This document shows, in pieces, positions 9,352 through 18,979 of a stretch of DNA of 57,829 nucleotides (its first letter is position 1; each line of letters opens with the position of its first letter). The DNA is taken from the NCBI GenBank assembly GCA_947458625.1, contig CANGZN010000001.1:1-57829 (forward strand), given 5' to 3'. The DNA is from Chitinophagaceae bacterium. Its GTDB lineage: Bacteria > Bacteroidota > Bacteroidia > Chitinophagales > Chitinophagaceae. Position numbers and translations under genes: made by a program. The notes beneath the pieces are model-generated. The model ran no database searches. It was not told where the DNA came from and saw only the letters and a program-made list of their open reading frames with translations.

Positions 9352-9906
9352 GTGACCGAGGAAGACATGGACGAAAAAGAACTCTTACAAGGGCTCGCTA
9401 CTAACGACCGTAAGTCTATTGAAGCCATCTATAAAGGAAGCTACAATAGTGTTCAGTCGATGATCCTGACCAATCAGGGTTCTGTTGATGATGCCAGAGA
9501 TGTCTTTCAGGAATCACTTATCGTTCTTTATGAGAAAGTTAGGCAGGGTGATTTCGAATTGAATTGTCAGATAAAAACGTATCTGTATGCCGTCTGCCGG
9601 AGGCTGTGGTTAAAAAAGCTGCAGCAGCAAAAACGGATGTATGTTCAATGGGATGAATCCGCTGAACCGGTATCCGTTGATACCGATCTGGAGCGGCACC
9701 TTCGGGAAGATGCGGATTACGACCGAATGGAAAAGGCCATTCAACAATTGGGGGAGCCTTGCAAAGGACTGCTTGAGGCCTATTACCTGCAAAAGCAGAA
9801 CATGGCTACCATAGCAGCCTCCTTTGGTTATACGAATGCCGACAATGCGAAAAACCAGAAATACAAGTGCCTGATGCGCTTGAAAAAAATATTCTTTCAG
9901 AACTGA
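9352..9906 (+). CDS. ECF-type RNA polymerase sigma-70 factor
   Basis: Region 2 (DDARDVFQESLI...KTYLYAVCRRLW) and region 4 (LGEPCKGLLEAYY...IA...AKNQKYKCL); start GTG 9352 or ATG 9367. Confidence 0.9.
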   Translation: MTEEDMDEKELLQGLATNDRKSIEAIYKGSYNSVQSMILTNQGSVDDARDVFQESLIVLYEKVRQGDFELNCQIKTYLYAVCRRLWLKKLQQQKRMYVQWDESAEPVSVDTDLERHLREDADYDRMEKAIQQLGEPCKGLLEAYYLQKQNMATIAASFGYTNADNAKNQKYKCLMRLKKIFFQN

Positions 9907-9918
9907 AAGCAGTAGAAA

Positions 9919-11016
9919 ATGAGTGATCTGAACTTATTAGAAACGGTTGAACGATACATCCGTGGGGAAATGAATCCCGACGAACGTGCACACTTTGAAA
10001 ATTATCGGAAAAGTCATGCCGAAGTGGATCAATTAGTTGTAGAACACACCTTGTTTCTTCAGCAATTGAATCGGTTCGGTGAATGGAAGAAATTCAGTCA
10101 AGGCCTTCAGCAAGTACACACCGACCTAGCTGAATCAGGCAAGATCGAAGCGGTCCGTCTTCAAGGCAAGGCCCGAGTCATCTACCTCTGGAATCGATAC
10201 AAGCGGGTCGGTGCGATCGCTGCTTCCATTGCGGGTATCACAACACTGAGTATATCCGCGCTCGTGATGCTTTTCTCCTCCAACGGAGCCGGCACCCAGT
10301 TTGAGGAATTGAACCGTAAATACAATTGGTTGGCCAGCCGTTCGCAGCAACAAGGAAACGAGATCGATGCCATCAAGAAAAATACCAACACCCCCCCCGT
10401 CTCCTATACCAAAGGAGGAACCGGATTCTTGGTCGATGGCAAAGGGTTTTTGGTGACCAACCGACATGTAGTCGCCAATGCCGAGCAGATCGCCGTACAG
10501 CAAGGCGAGAAAGAGTTCAATGCTGAAGTCGTTCACATTGATACCCGGCGCGACCTAGCCTTTCTACGTATCGTGGATGACAAATTCCAAAAGTTAACTT
10601 CCCTGCCCTATGGTTTCTCTAAACGAACTGCGCTCTTGGGTGAGCCCCTATTCACGCTGGGGTATCCAAGGGATGAAGTTGTTTACGGCCAAGGGTACCT
10701 GAGTGCCCGAACCGGGTTTGAAGGTGATACGCTCAGCTACCAGATCGAAATCGCCGCCAATCAGGGTAATAGTGGCAGTCCGGTATTAAACCGAAACGGT
10801 GAGGTGGTCGGCATTCTGAATGGCCGTCAAAATGACCAACAGGGATTTGTATTTGCCATCCGCAGTCAAGAGATACTGGCATCCGTTCAGGAGTTCAGAA
10901 AAACGTTGAAAAAGGAATGGATCGCCCCGCCTACTCAAACACGGTTGAGCGGACTGGACAGAACACAACAAGTGAAACGATTACAGGATTTCGTTTACTT
11001 GGTGAAGGTGCATTGA
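9919..11016 (+). CDS. Membrane-anchored trypsin-like (S1) serine protease with anti-sigma-like N-terminus
   Basis: N-terminal VERYIRGEMNPDERAHFE; TM segment AIAASIAGITTLSISALVMLF; triad TNRH / DLA / GNSGSP. Confidence 0.85.
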   Translation: MSDLNLLETVERYIRGEMNPDERAHFENYRKSHAEVDQLVVEHTLFLQQLNRFGEWKKFSQGLQQVHTDLAESGKIEAVRLQGKARVIYLWNRYKRVGAIAASIAGITTLSISALVMLFSSNGAGTQFEELNRKYNWLASRSQQQGNEIDAIKKNTNTPPVSYTKGGTGFLVDGKGFLVTNRHVVANAEQIAVQQGEKEFNAEVVHIDTRRDLAFLRIVDDKFQKLTSLPYGFSKRTALLGEPLFTLGYPRDEVVYGQGYLSARTGFEGDTLSYQIEIAANQGNSGSPVLNRNGEVVGILNGRQNDQQGFVFAIRSQEILASVQEFRKTLKKEWIAPPTQTRLSGLDRTQQVKRLQDFVYLVKVH

Positions 11017-11023
11017 CATGCAA

Positions 11024-11917
11024 TCACCATAACCGCTCCGGATACTCCCCGGTACGGATCAACTCATCCAAACTGTTTTGAACGGAAGTTGCATCCTCTT
11101 TATAGGTCACGCCAAACCACTTAGCATGAGTGGGTAAAACCTCCACGTTCCCACCTTCCTGAATGAATGAATCTGCGACCAGCGGGATGAAAAACTCGGA
11201 TTTCTCCTCCATCCCCCGCTCACGTAAAAATTGATGGAAAAGTTTTTTCGAGAGCGAAAAATAGGATGGATCAAAGCACCAGAAATTCATCGACACCCGT
11301 GTGTCTTTATCCAACACCTCCGGCAACAGCCCATCCGCCGCCCGAATTTCACCAGCCAACTCAGCAATGTTGATCCGTTCTGTGATGGAGGAAAGATTCC
11401 CGTAATTATCTAATGTGCAAACGCCACGGTTAACGGTACCATGTGCCGATAATGTTCCGGTAAGCGGATATCCAACAATAGCAAATCGATCTTTCTGACA
11501 AGCTTCTTTCAAAAAACCAGCTGCCACTTCAAATGCATGCCGACCATAGAAATCGTCCGCATTGATCACAGCGAAGGGCTCTTGAACCATCTGTTCAGCG
11601 CAAAGAACGGCATGTGCGGTACCCCAGGGTTTAGTGCGGGTAGGTAAAGTTTCAATACCTGCCGTATGCATTTCCGGCTCTTGAAACACATAGGCCACCT
11701 CCACTTTTCCACTGAGCCGCGGATCGAACAGCGTTCGGAAGGTCTGCTCATGCTGCGCTCGAATGATGAAGACGATCTTTCCAAAACCGGCACGGATCGC
11801 ATCATAAATGGAATAGTCCATGATGGTTTCGCCACCTGGTCCGAAAGACTCTACCTGTTTCATGCTGCCATATCGTGAGGCCATCCCGGCGGCTAGGATT
11901 ATTAATGTTGGTTTCAT
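11024..11917 (-). CDS. Sugar-phosphate nucleotidyltransferase family protein
   Basis: LAAGMASRYGSMKQ, PWGTAHAV, INADDFY; start trimmed to MKPTL at 11917, with TATTTTTG at 11929-11936. Confidence 0.88.
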   Translation of the reverse strand: MKPTLIILAAGMASRYGSMKQVESFGPGGETIMDYSIYDAIRAGFGKIVFIIRAQHEQTFRTLFDPRLSGKVEVAYVFQEPEMHTAGIETLPTRTKPWGTAHAVLCAEQMVQEPFAVINADDFYGRHAFEVAAGFLKEACQKDRFAIVGYPLTGTLSAHGTVNRGVCTLDNYGNLSSITERINIAELAGEIRAADGLLPEVLDKDTRVSMNFWCFDPSYFSLSKKLFHQFLRERGMEEKSEFFIPLVADSFIQEGGNVEVLPTHAKWFGVTYKEDATSVQNSLDELIRTGEYPERLW

Positions 11918-11998
11918 AATAGAGGTTACAAAAATAAACGAAAATAGACAGCTTGTTAAAACCTGCTCCTGCAACCACCGCTCCTGTATCTTTGAAAA

Positions 11999-12874
11999 AT
12001 GCGCAATCAGCGACACATAAACATACTCCTACTCACCCTATCTACCTTGCTCGGGTTGTATAGTGCCGCGCAGGAAACTCTACCAGCTTTCTCTCTGAAC
12101 AAACTGAATGAGGATCGAGTACTGATTCAATGGAAAAATTCCGACACCAGCATCCGACAACTATCCATTCAGCAATCGGCAGACAGTCTGATCGGATTCC
12201 GAACGATACTGACCATGCCCGATCCAAGCCCCGAACAAAACGGGACGATCATCAGTCGCCCGATGGCCGGCAAGATGTTCTATCGGATTTATTTATTATA
12301 CCCAGGAGGACGATATCGCTTTTCTTACGCTAAACGGCCAGTGCCCATACCCGCGGCCATACCCGTCTCAGGATCCGTGGGCATCCCCGACAGACCGGTA
12401 CCGCAGAAAACGACGCTGAACCCGGCTGAACCGAGTCGGGACCCCGGTCAGCTCCTTATACCCACACCCACTCCCCGAACAAATAAGGATACGGCATTTG
12501 CAATCCCGCCCGTTTCGCGGATACAACCAAAAATCGGTAACGTACCAGATCTGACGCCTGGCCAACGAATAGACATCAAAAAAACAGACAGTATTCAGAT
12601 CGATCCGGATAAGTTCACCCCCTCGCTTTGGGTCTATACCCATCGGGATGGCTATCCACTCATCCAACTGCCCGCTAGCTGGGACCTCTCGCAAGTTCGC
12701 ATCCGATTCTTTCAGGAAAATGGCCAAATACTTTTTGAACTGAAACAACCTCCGCTACATCATTTCCGAATCGATAAATCAAATTTTAGCCGATCCGGAT
12801 GGTACAGTTTTGAAATCATATTGAAAGGCAAAGTGGTTGAGAAAAATCGCCTGTTCATACCACTCGAATTCTAA
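11999..12874 (+). CDS. Exported hypothetical protein (two beta-rich domains joined by a Pro-rich linker)
   Basis: Signal-peptide-like N-terminus; TATCTTTG element 4 nt before the ATG. Confidence 0.75.
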   Translation: MRNQRHINILLLTLSTLLGLYSAAQETLPAFSLNKLNEDRVLIQWKNSDTSIRQLSIQQSADSLIGFRTILTMPDPSPEQNGTIISRPMAGKMFYRIYLLYPGGRYRFSYAKRPVPIPAAIPVSGSVGIPDRPVPQKTTLNPAEPSRDPGQLLIPTPTPRTNKDTAFAIPPVSRIQPKIGNVPDLTPGQRIDIKKTDSIQIDPDKFTPSLWVYTHRDGYPLIQLPASWDLSQVRIRFFQENGQILFELKQPPLHHFRIDKSNFSRSGWYSFEIILKGKVVEKNRLFIPLEF

Positions 12875-13557
12875 ACGAGCAAGCAGCCGAATTGCTCCAT
12901 GAAGTGAAATTTCATACTTGACTTTACCGCCTCCATTGAAGGGGCGTTCGATAGCTCCTGTTCCAACGAGGTGACTTGTTTATCCGGTATGCCGCAGGGC
13001 ACAATGTGACGGAAATAATTCAGATCGGTATGTACATTCAATGCCAGCCCATGCATGCTGATCCAACGACTGCACCGCACCCCGATGGCACAGATCTTTC
13101 GGGCTTTGATCGGTACGAGTGGGTCCAACCACACACCGGTCTCCCCTTCTGAGCGTTCTCCCACCAAGCCATAATCAGCCAATAAACGAATAACAACCTC
13201 CTCCAGATTTCGAAGATACTTACCGATATCCCGCTCAAACTTTTCCAGATCCAAGATGGGGTAAACCACCAATTGACCCGGTCCATGAAACGTGATATCA
13301 CCACCTCGATTGGTATGAAAATACTCGATCGAACGAGCGGCACGCTCCTCCTCGGAGATCAGTACATGCTGCGGATCACCACTTTTGCCTAAGGTATAAA
13401 CCGGAGGATGTGTAACAAACAGTAAATGATGACGGGTTTCTTCTGCCCGCCCAGCCTGTTTTAAAGCGACATTAGCTTGTAAAAGGGATTCCTGATATTC
13501 CCAAACATCCCGATAGGAACGTTCCCCCAAATCTTCAAAATATATCGTCTCCTTCAT
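12871..13557 (-). CDS. lipB: Lipoyl(octanoyl) transferase
   Basis: HPPVYTLG, RGGDITFHGPGQLV, KICAIG, HGLALN, PCG. Confidence 0.96.
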   Translation of the reverse strand: MKETIYFEDLGERSYRDVWEYQESLLQANVALKQAGRAEETRHHLLFVTHPPVYTLGKSGDPQHVLISEEERAARSIEYFHTNRGGDITFHGPGQLVVYPILDLEKFERDIGKYLRNLEEVVIRLLADYGLVGERSEGETGVWLDPLVPIKARKICAIGVRCSRWISMHGLALNVHTDLNYFRHIVPCGIPDKQVTSLEQELSNAPSMEAVKSSMKFHFMEQFGCLLV

Positions 13558-13600
13558 TAAAATGTAAAGCTACGTACAAAAGCGTGGCTACCTTTGTGCG

Positions 13601-14668
13601 ATGTCAGAGCAAGACCTTTTACCGGAATTCCACGAACCAGATGAATCGACCGATTCCGGCGAGGTGTTGTATGAGCGATTTCAACTGACGGTCGACCGTG
13701 GACAAGAGCCCATCCGGATCGATAAATTCCTGAGTCAACGGATCGAAAAGGCTACACGGAATAAACTACAGCAAGCCATGCACCTGGAACTTGTCACGGT
13801 CAATGGCCAGCCTGTCAAACCCAATTATAAGATCAAACCAGGTGATCAGATCCTGATCTATTCCGACCTCCACCCTGATGAAACGGATGTTCAACCGGAA
13901 AACATACCGCTGGATATCCGCTATGAGGATGAACACCTGATGGTTCTCTATAAAGCCCCGGGCACCGTTGTTCATCCGGGCAGCGGTAATTATCATGGAA
14001 CGCTACTGAATGGCGTAGCTTTTTATCTGCAAAAAATAAATCCGGCACTCAACGAAGAGCTGTTGCCTCGATTTGGTTTGGTTCATCGGATCGATAAGAA
14101 TACAAGCGGGCTACTGGTGTTGGCCAAAACAGATATTGCCATGCGGGGACTGGCCAAGCAGTTTTTTGATCACACCGTGCGTCGTCGATACCAAGCACTT
14201 GTTTGGGGAGATGTAGAAGCAGACTCCGGCACGATTATCGCACATGTCGGACGCCACCAGCGTTTTCGAAAACTATTTGAAGCCTATCCGGAAGGTGATC
14301 ATGGGAAAGAGGCTATCACCCATTACCGCGTACTGGAAAGATTCCGTTATGTAACGCTGGTCGAATGTATTTTGGAAACAGGCCGAACCCACCAGATCCG
14401 TGTACACATGAAACACATCGGTCACCCCTTATTCAACGATGATTTTTACGGAGGTGAACGAATCGCCAAAGGCACCATCTTCCCCCGCTACAAACAATTT
14501 GTAGAAAATTGCTTTGCGCTCTGTCCCCGTCAGGCACTGCATGCCAAAACCCTCGGATTCAGACACCCTGCCACACAGGAAGAAATGAATTTTGATACGG
14601 AACTGCCAACCGATATGCAGACGGTGGTGGAGAAATGGAGACAATACACGCAGAGCATCGGACAATAA
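13601..14668 (+). CDS. rluD: RluA/RluD-family 23S rRNA pseudouridine synthase with S4 domain
   Basis: RIDKFL S4 domain; VHRIDKNTSG catalytic Asp; TGRTHQIRVH; QALHA. Confidence 0.92.
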   Translation: MSEQDLLPEFHEPDESTDSGEVLYERFQLTVDRGQEPIRIDKFLSQRIEKATRNKLQQAMHLELVTVNGQPVKPNYKIKPGDQILIYSDLHPDETDVQPENIPLDIRYEDEHLMVLYKAPGTVVHPGSGNYHGTLLNGVAFYLQKINPALNEELLPRFGLVHRIDKNTSGLLVLAKTDIAMRGLAKQFFDHTVRRRYQALVWGDVEADSGTIIAHVGRHQRFRKLFEAYPEGDHGKEAITHYRVLERFRYVTLVECILETGRTHQIRVHMKHIGHPLFNDDFYGGERIAKGTIFPRYKQFVENCFALCPRQALHAKTLGFRHPATQEEMNFDTELPTDMQTVVEKWRQYTQSIGQ

Positions 14669-14670
14669 CC

Positions 14671-15258
14671 TCAAGGCGCATACAACATCCGGTACTCAGC
14701 ACCAGCCTTTCCCTTAACAATATCCTGCAACTTCCGTTGCATCAATTTCTTTTTCAGTGGTGACAGATAATCAACGATCAGCTTCCCCTCCAAATGATCG
14801 ATCTCATGCAGCAATGCACGCGCGGTGAGTCCGACAAAATCCACTTCCTGCTGCGTGAAAGACTCATCCAAATAGGCCAAACGAATTTCAACGGGACGAA
14901 TCACTTCCACGCGTATACGGGGTAAACTCAGACAACCTTCCTCCTCAACAGCGGTTTCCTCCGTGATCGATAAAATACGTGGGTTCATGACAACGGCTTT
15001 CAAACCAGGGTCCTTCTCCCACCCGGACTCCTTCTTCTCCTCTTCACTCATGCGCTCAATGACCTGATGTGTATCCAATACCAACAACCGAAGCGAATGA
15101 TTCACTTGTGGCGCTGCCAATCCAAGACCGATCCCCTTTTGATACATGGTTTCCCACATATTGGAGATCAATGTATCCAGACCAGGATGGCTGGGCTGAA
15201 CCTCGCTTGTAGATTCACGTAAAACTGGATGGCCGTATGCAACAATTGGAAGGATCAC
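14671..15258 (-). CDS. def: Peptide deformylase
   Basis: GLAAPQ, EGCLS, HEIDH; likely GTG start at 15258 (MILPIVAYG), TAACTTTG at 15273-15280. Confidence 0.95.
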   Translation of the reverse strand: MILPIVAYGHPVLRESTSEVQPSHPGLDTLISNMWETMYQKGIGLGLAAPQVNHSLRLLVLDTHQVIERMSEEEKKESGWEKDPGLKAVVMNPRILSITEETAVEEEGCLSLPRIRVEVIRPVEIRLAYLDESFTQQEVDFVGLTARALLHEIDHLEGKLIVDYLSPLKKKLMQRKLQDIVKGKAGAEYRMLYAP

Positions 15259-15296
15259 CGTTAGGATTTTTGCAAAGTTACCGAATCCAATCACTC

Positions 15297-15713
15297 TCAT
15301 CCACCGCTCCGCTGAAGATATTCCTGCAATAAGATGGTGGCAGCGATCTCATCTACCAAGGCCTTATTGCGTCTGTCTTTCTTCTTCAATCCCATCTCCA
15401 GCATGGCAGAGCGAGCCATCTTGGAGGTAAACCGCTCGTCCACCTTCTCCACAGGAAGACCGGGGAACGATTTAGCCAGTTTAGCTATAAACTTCTCCAC
15501 CAACGGAGTGGCATCCGTGGGCGTATCGTCCCAATTCATGGGCCACCCGATGATGATCTGATCTACCGTCTCACGCTTGACATAATCCTGCAAAAAATTC
15601 ATCACCTCGCGGCTCTCCACCGTGGCTAATCCTGTTGCAATGATCCGCAACGGATCCGTAACGGCCAGACCGGTGCGTTTTCCTCCATAATCGATGGCCA
15701 GGATCCTTCCCAT
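15297..15713 (-). CDS. ruvX: YqgF/RuvX pre-16S rRNA nuclease
   Basis: ILAIDYGGKRTGLA, VDERFTS, VDEIAATILLQ. Confidence 0.95.
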   Translation of the reverse strand: MGRILAIDYGGKRTGLAVTDPLRIIATGLATVESREVMNFLQDYVKRETVDQIIIGWPMNWDDTPTDATPLVEKFIAKLAKSFPGLPVEKVDERFTSKMARSAMLEMGLKKKDRRNKALVDEIAATILLQEYLQRSGG

Positions 15714-15715
15714 GA

Positions 15716-16591
15716 TCAGTATGTAAAGATTAACTCAGCGAGAAAAAAGAGCGCAAAGACCACCGAGCCGATGCCATTGGTTGTCATGAATGCAAGATCG
15801 ATCCTGGAAAGATCATCCGCACTCACTAAAGCATGTTGGTAGATTAGTAGGCCTGTAAAAATCAACACGCCCGTCCAATACCATAAACCCAAATCCCCCC
15901 AAATGCCTGCCAAGAACAAGGCAGCGATCGTAAGAAAATGGAGTGCGGAAGAAATCAGCAAAGCGCGACGCCCCCCTATCCAGGCGGGAACAGAGTGAAG
16001 CGATTGCGCCCGATCGAATGATTCATCCTGCATGGCGTAAAGGATGTCAAAACCCGACACCCAGGTCAGCACCACAAAAGAAAAAATGAGGGGCAGCAAA
16101 CTGAATGAACCCGTTACAGCCAAGTAGGCTCCGATGACAGAAAGAGAAAGTCCGATCCCTAAAATCAAATGACAAAGGGCGGTGAATCGCTTGGTGTAAC
16201 TATAACCCAGTACAACCAATAAGGCTACCGGTGATAAAAGAAAACACAAGGGATTGATCAGGCCGGCAGCCGCGACAAACAGAATCGAATTGATCAGGGT
16301 AAAAGCAAGTGCCCGTTTGGGGCTGATTAGGCCGGCTGGTATCTCCCGCATGGCCGTGCGCGGATTCATGGCGTCAATGTTTCGATCGAGGTAACGATTG
16401 AATGCCATGGCCGCACTGCGCGCAAAAACCATGCAGGCGATCACGCCCAGTCCTTTCCAGATCCAACCGGACAGATCAACATCCTGAAAAGATCCCCACT
16501 GATCAGTGACGCCCAACCCAAATCCCACACAAGCAAACGGCATGGCGAAAATGGTATGGGAGAATTTGATCAGGCTGAGATACTTTTTCAT
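15716..16591 (-). CDS. UbiA-family polyprenyltransferase (MqnP-like subgroup)
   Basis: KFSHTIFAMPFA, ARSAAMAFNRYLDRNIDAMNPRT, YSYTKRF, GFDILYAMQD; multiple TM segments. Confidence 0.88.
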   Translation of the reverse strand: MKKYLSLIKFSHTIFAMPFACVGFGLGVTDQWGSFQDVDLSGWIWKGLGVIACMVFARSAAMAFNRYLDRNIDAMNPRTAMREIPAGLISPKRALAFTLINSILFVAAAGLINPLCFLLSPVALLVVLGYSYTKRFTALCHLILGIGLSLSVIGAYLAVTGSFSLLPLIFSFVVLTWVSGFDILYAMQDESFDRAQSLHSVPAWIGGRRALLISSALHFLTIAALFLAGIWGDLGLWYWTGVLIFTGLLIYQHALVSADDLSRIDLAFMTTNGIGSVVFALFFLAELIFTY

Positions 16592-16605
16592 AGACTTGGA
16601 TTCAA

Positions 16606-17154
16606 TTAAGGCAGAAGCTCACGGTTACCGGACTGCGAACGTACAAATTCCCAAACCACCACACCCAGAGCCGTAGCCACATTGAGTGAATGTTTCATGC
16701 CGCCTTGTGGGATCTCGATACATCCATCAGCTGCCGAAAGTGTTGCAGGTTCTACGCCGGTGACCTCATTTCCAAAAACCAACGCGGTCCTTTCCGTAAG
16801 CTTTGAACCCAATGATTGTAAAAAGATGCTGCTCGTGGTTTGCTCTACCGCCAAAATTTGATACCCGGCCGAACGCGCTCTTTCAACAGCCGATACCCCA
16901 TCCGGAAAATGGCGCCAGGGCACCGAATCTTCAGCTCCGAGTGCTGTTTTTCGTATTTCCTTGTGGGGCGGGAAAGCCGTATAACCCGTCAGGTAGATCG
17001 CCTCCACCTGAAAGGCATCCGCCGTTCGAAAGGCACTTCCAACATTATAGGCGCTACGGATATTCTCCAGAATCAGGATCAACGGAAACTTCTCAGCACG
17101 ACGAGCCTCTTCAACCGTTTTTCTTCCGAGCTCATCCATAGACAGTTTACGCAT
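16606..17154 (-). CDS. SpoU/TrmH-family RNA methyltransferase
   Basis: NVGSAFRTADA, FGNEVTGV, EIPQGGMKHSLNVA SPOUT motifs. Confidence 0.92.
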   Translation of the reverse strand: MRKLSMDELGRKTVEEARRAEKFPLILILENIRSAYNVGSAFRTADAFQVEAIYLTGYTAFPPHKEIRKTALGAEDSVPWRHFPDGVSAVERARSAGYQILAVEQTTSSIFLQSLGSKLTERTALVFGNEVTGVEPATLSAADGCIEIPQGGMKHSLNVATALGVVVWEFVRSQSGNRELLP

Positions 17155-17167
17155 GGCACAAAGGTAA

Positions 17168-17199
17168 GCAGGTCCGCTTCCTGAAAAGAAGGGACCTGC
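17168..17199. other. Stem-loop downstream of the DUF4139 gene, no U tract
   Basis: GCAGGTCC(G)CTTC...GAAGGGACCTGC inverted repeat abutting the spoU -7 element. Confidence 0.45.
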
Positions 17200-17221
17200 C
17201 TGTACCCGATCGGTTTTCCGA

Positions 17222-18907
17222 TCAAAGGTTTACGATTCGCTTATCGCGCGGATATTTCACGCTATACACAAAGCGATACTTTCTGCTCTCCCCCGGCTTG
17301 AGGTCCACCTTCCAAGTCAACACCCCCGTTTCTGGATTCACCTCTGCCTCTCCGGCATCCTCCAAAGAAACCTCCACTTCTTTCACCGCACTCAGCGGAT
17401 GCTGGTCCTTCAACAACAGCTGCACAGGCGTCACTTTATTGTTCTTGACCGTGATCTCATAGGTGAATACTTGTTTATTCATGCCCCCGCTAGACTTGGC
17501 AGGAGCCGTTTCTCTTACCTGTGTACGCTTCAAGGCGATCCGCTTATCTCTTCCCAATGAAAGATTCAAGGTATCTGCCGTGGTATTCGGATCGATCTGT
17601 GTTTTACCAACATAGGTATCGTCCATAATGATGTTCGCTGTGCCGGGGATCAGATCCAATTGTTGCCAATCACCGATCTCGGCCATCAGATACGCCTCCC
17701 GATCTAGTTTGGGAACCGCATAGTTTTTCAAACCCGCATCTACCGACCGCTCCTGAATATTAACCTGCTGAATCTGCCCATCCGCCGGCACATCGTACGG
17801 TAGTGAGATCTCATAGCTGGTATTCAATTGCCCTTGACTCAATGTGGTGTAAGCGCCCATGGTACTCGGATCTACGGGTGCCGGTGCTGCCACTTTATAC
17901 CCCATACCTGATTCATCCAGATCCAACTTATCGGCTATAACACTTTCCTTTCTCATCGATTGCACCACGTTTGCGTTGACATTTACTGAGCGCATCTGAG
18001 ACTGACGATACAGCTCGGGTACATACAATTGCAAATACCAAGGCGTGAGCAACGGAGCCTGCACACCGAAATTCGGGGTGCCCGTGCTCAATGTCAGTTT
18101 GACTTGCTTCCAATGGATACCGGTGGTTTGCGTGAGCGATGCTTTATAGACGAGCTTGACTTTATTCTCTTTTGAATTCACGCGCAGATCGTAATTGGCC
18201 GTCCACCCGGCATGCGGAGTGTAGTATGAGACCTTGACCGGATACTCATCGGCACGAGTGGCCATGACTTGTAAGAAGAGTTGTCCGACCGGATCCCCCG
18301 GCTTTGACTCTTCTTGCGACCATTGATAGATCTGATTATTGTTTTGCTGGATCTTTTTTTGGATCTTATCCATCTCGAATTGCCACTGGAAGATGGATAG
18401 CTTGGCTTTTTCGATCCGAGCCGTATAGACATCCAGCAGCCGGAGGATATCCGCCGCCAAAACCGGACGTTCTGTTTTGTCCTTGAGTGGCGATTCGATC
18501 AGCAATCCTGTTTTGACCAGTATTTCCTGATCGATGTTGATCAGGTTCTGGAACCGGCTGATTTCTTTTTGAAGCAACCGGTTGCTATCGGTGAGCGCTT
18601 CGATCTGCTTTACATATTTGGATGGAGGAACCGGGGGTTGAAAGACCCGAAACTGCTGCGACAACAAGGCCACGCCCTCCGGCAAATTCACCTGCAAACT
18701 ATTTGGGTCAACCGACGTACTCATCCCATCCAATTGAATGATCCGGGTACCGGCCTCTAGCCGCATGCGGCCCTCATGGGTAAGTTCCGCTCCGTATCCG
18801 AAATAGACACTGGCATTTCGAAGTACCGGCCGAAACCGTAGGGTATCCTGTGAAAACAAAAAGATAGACTGGGCAATAAAAAACAAGAAAAGGGGTATCG
18901 CTCGCAT
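17222..18907 (-). CDS. DUF4140/DUF4139 (MuiA-like) exported protein
   Basis: Signal peptide; coiled-coil middle; WTANYDLR, QTTGIHW, LSTG, YAVPKLD, LSLGRD, GVLTW pattern. Confidence 0.82.
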   Translation of the reverse strand: MRAIPLFLFFIAQSIFLFSQDTLRFRPVLRNASVYFGYGAELTHEGRMRLEAGTRIIQLDGMSTSVDPNSLQVNLPEGVALLSQQFRVFQPPVPPSKYVKQIEALTDSNRLLQKEISRFQNLINIDQEILVKTGLLIESPLKDKTERPVLAADILRLLDVYTARIEKAKLSIFQWQFEMDKIQKKIQQNNNQIYQWSQEESKPGDPVGQLFLQVMATRADEYPVKVSYYTPHAGWTANYDLRVNSKENKVKLVYKASLTQTTGIHWKQVKLTLSTGTPNFGVQAPLLTPWYLQLYVPELYRQSQMRSVNVNANVVQSMRKESVIADKLDLDESGMGYKVAAPAPVDPSTMGAYTTLSQGQLNTSYEISLPYDVPADGQIQQVNIQERSVDAGLKNYAVPKLDREAYLMAEIGDWQQLDLIPGTANIIMDDTYVGKTQIDPNTTADTLNLSLGRDKRIALKRTQVRETAPAKSSGGMNKQVFTYEITVKNNKVTPVQLLLKDQHPLSAVKEVEVSLEDAGEAEVNPETGVLTWKVDLKPGESRKYRFVYSVKYPRDKRIVNL

Positions 18908-18979
18908 AATGTTGATTTTCCCCTTCAGATGCAGGCTTTTCCCGGGTTACACAAGCCCGAACCCATTATTTTTGTTGGC

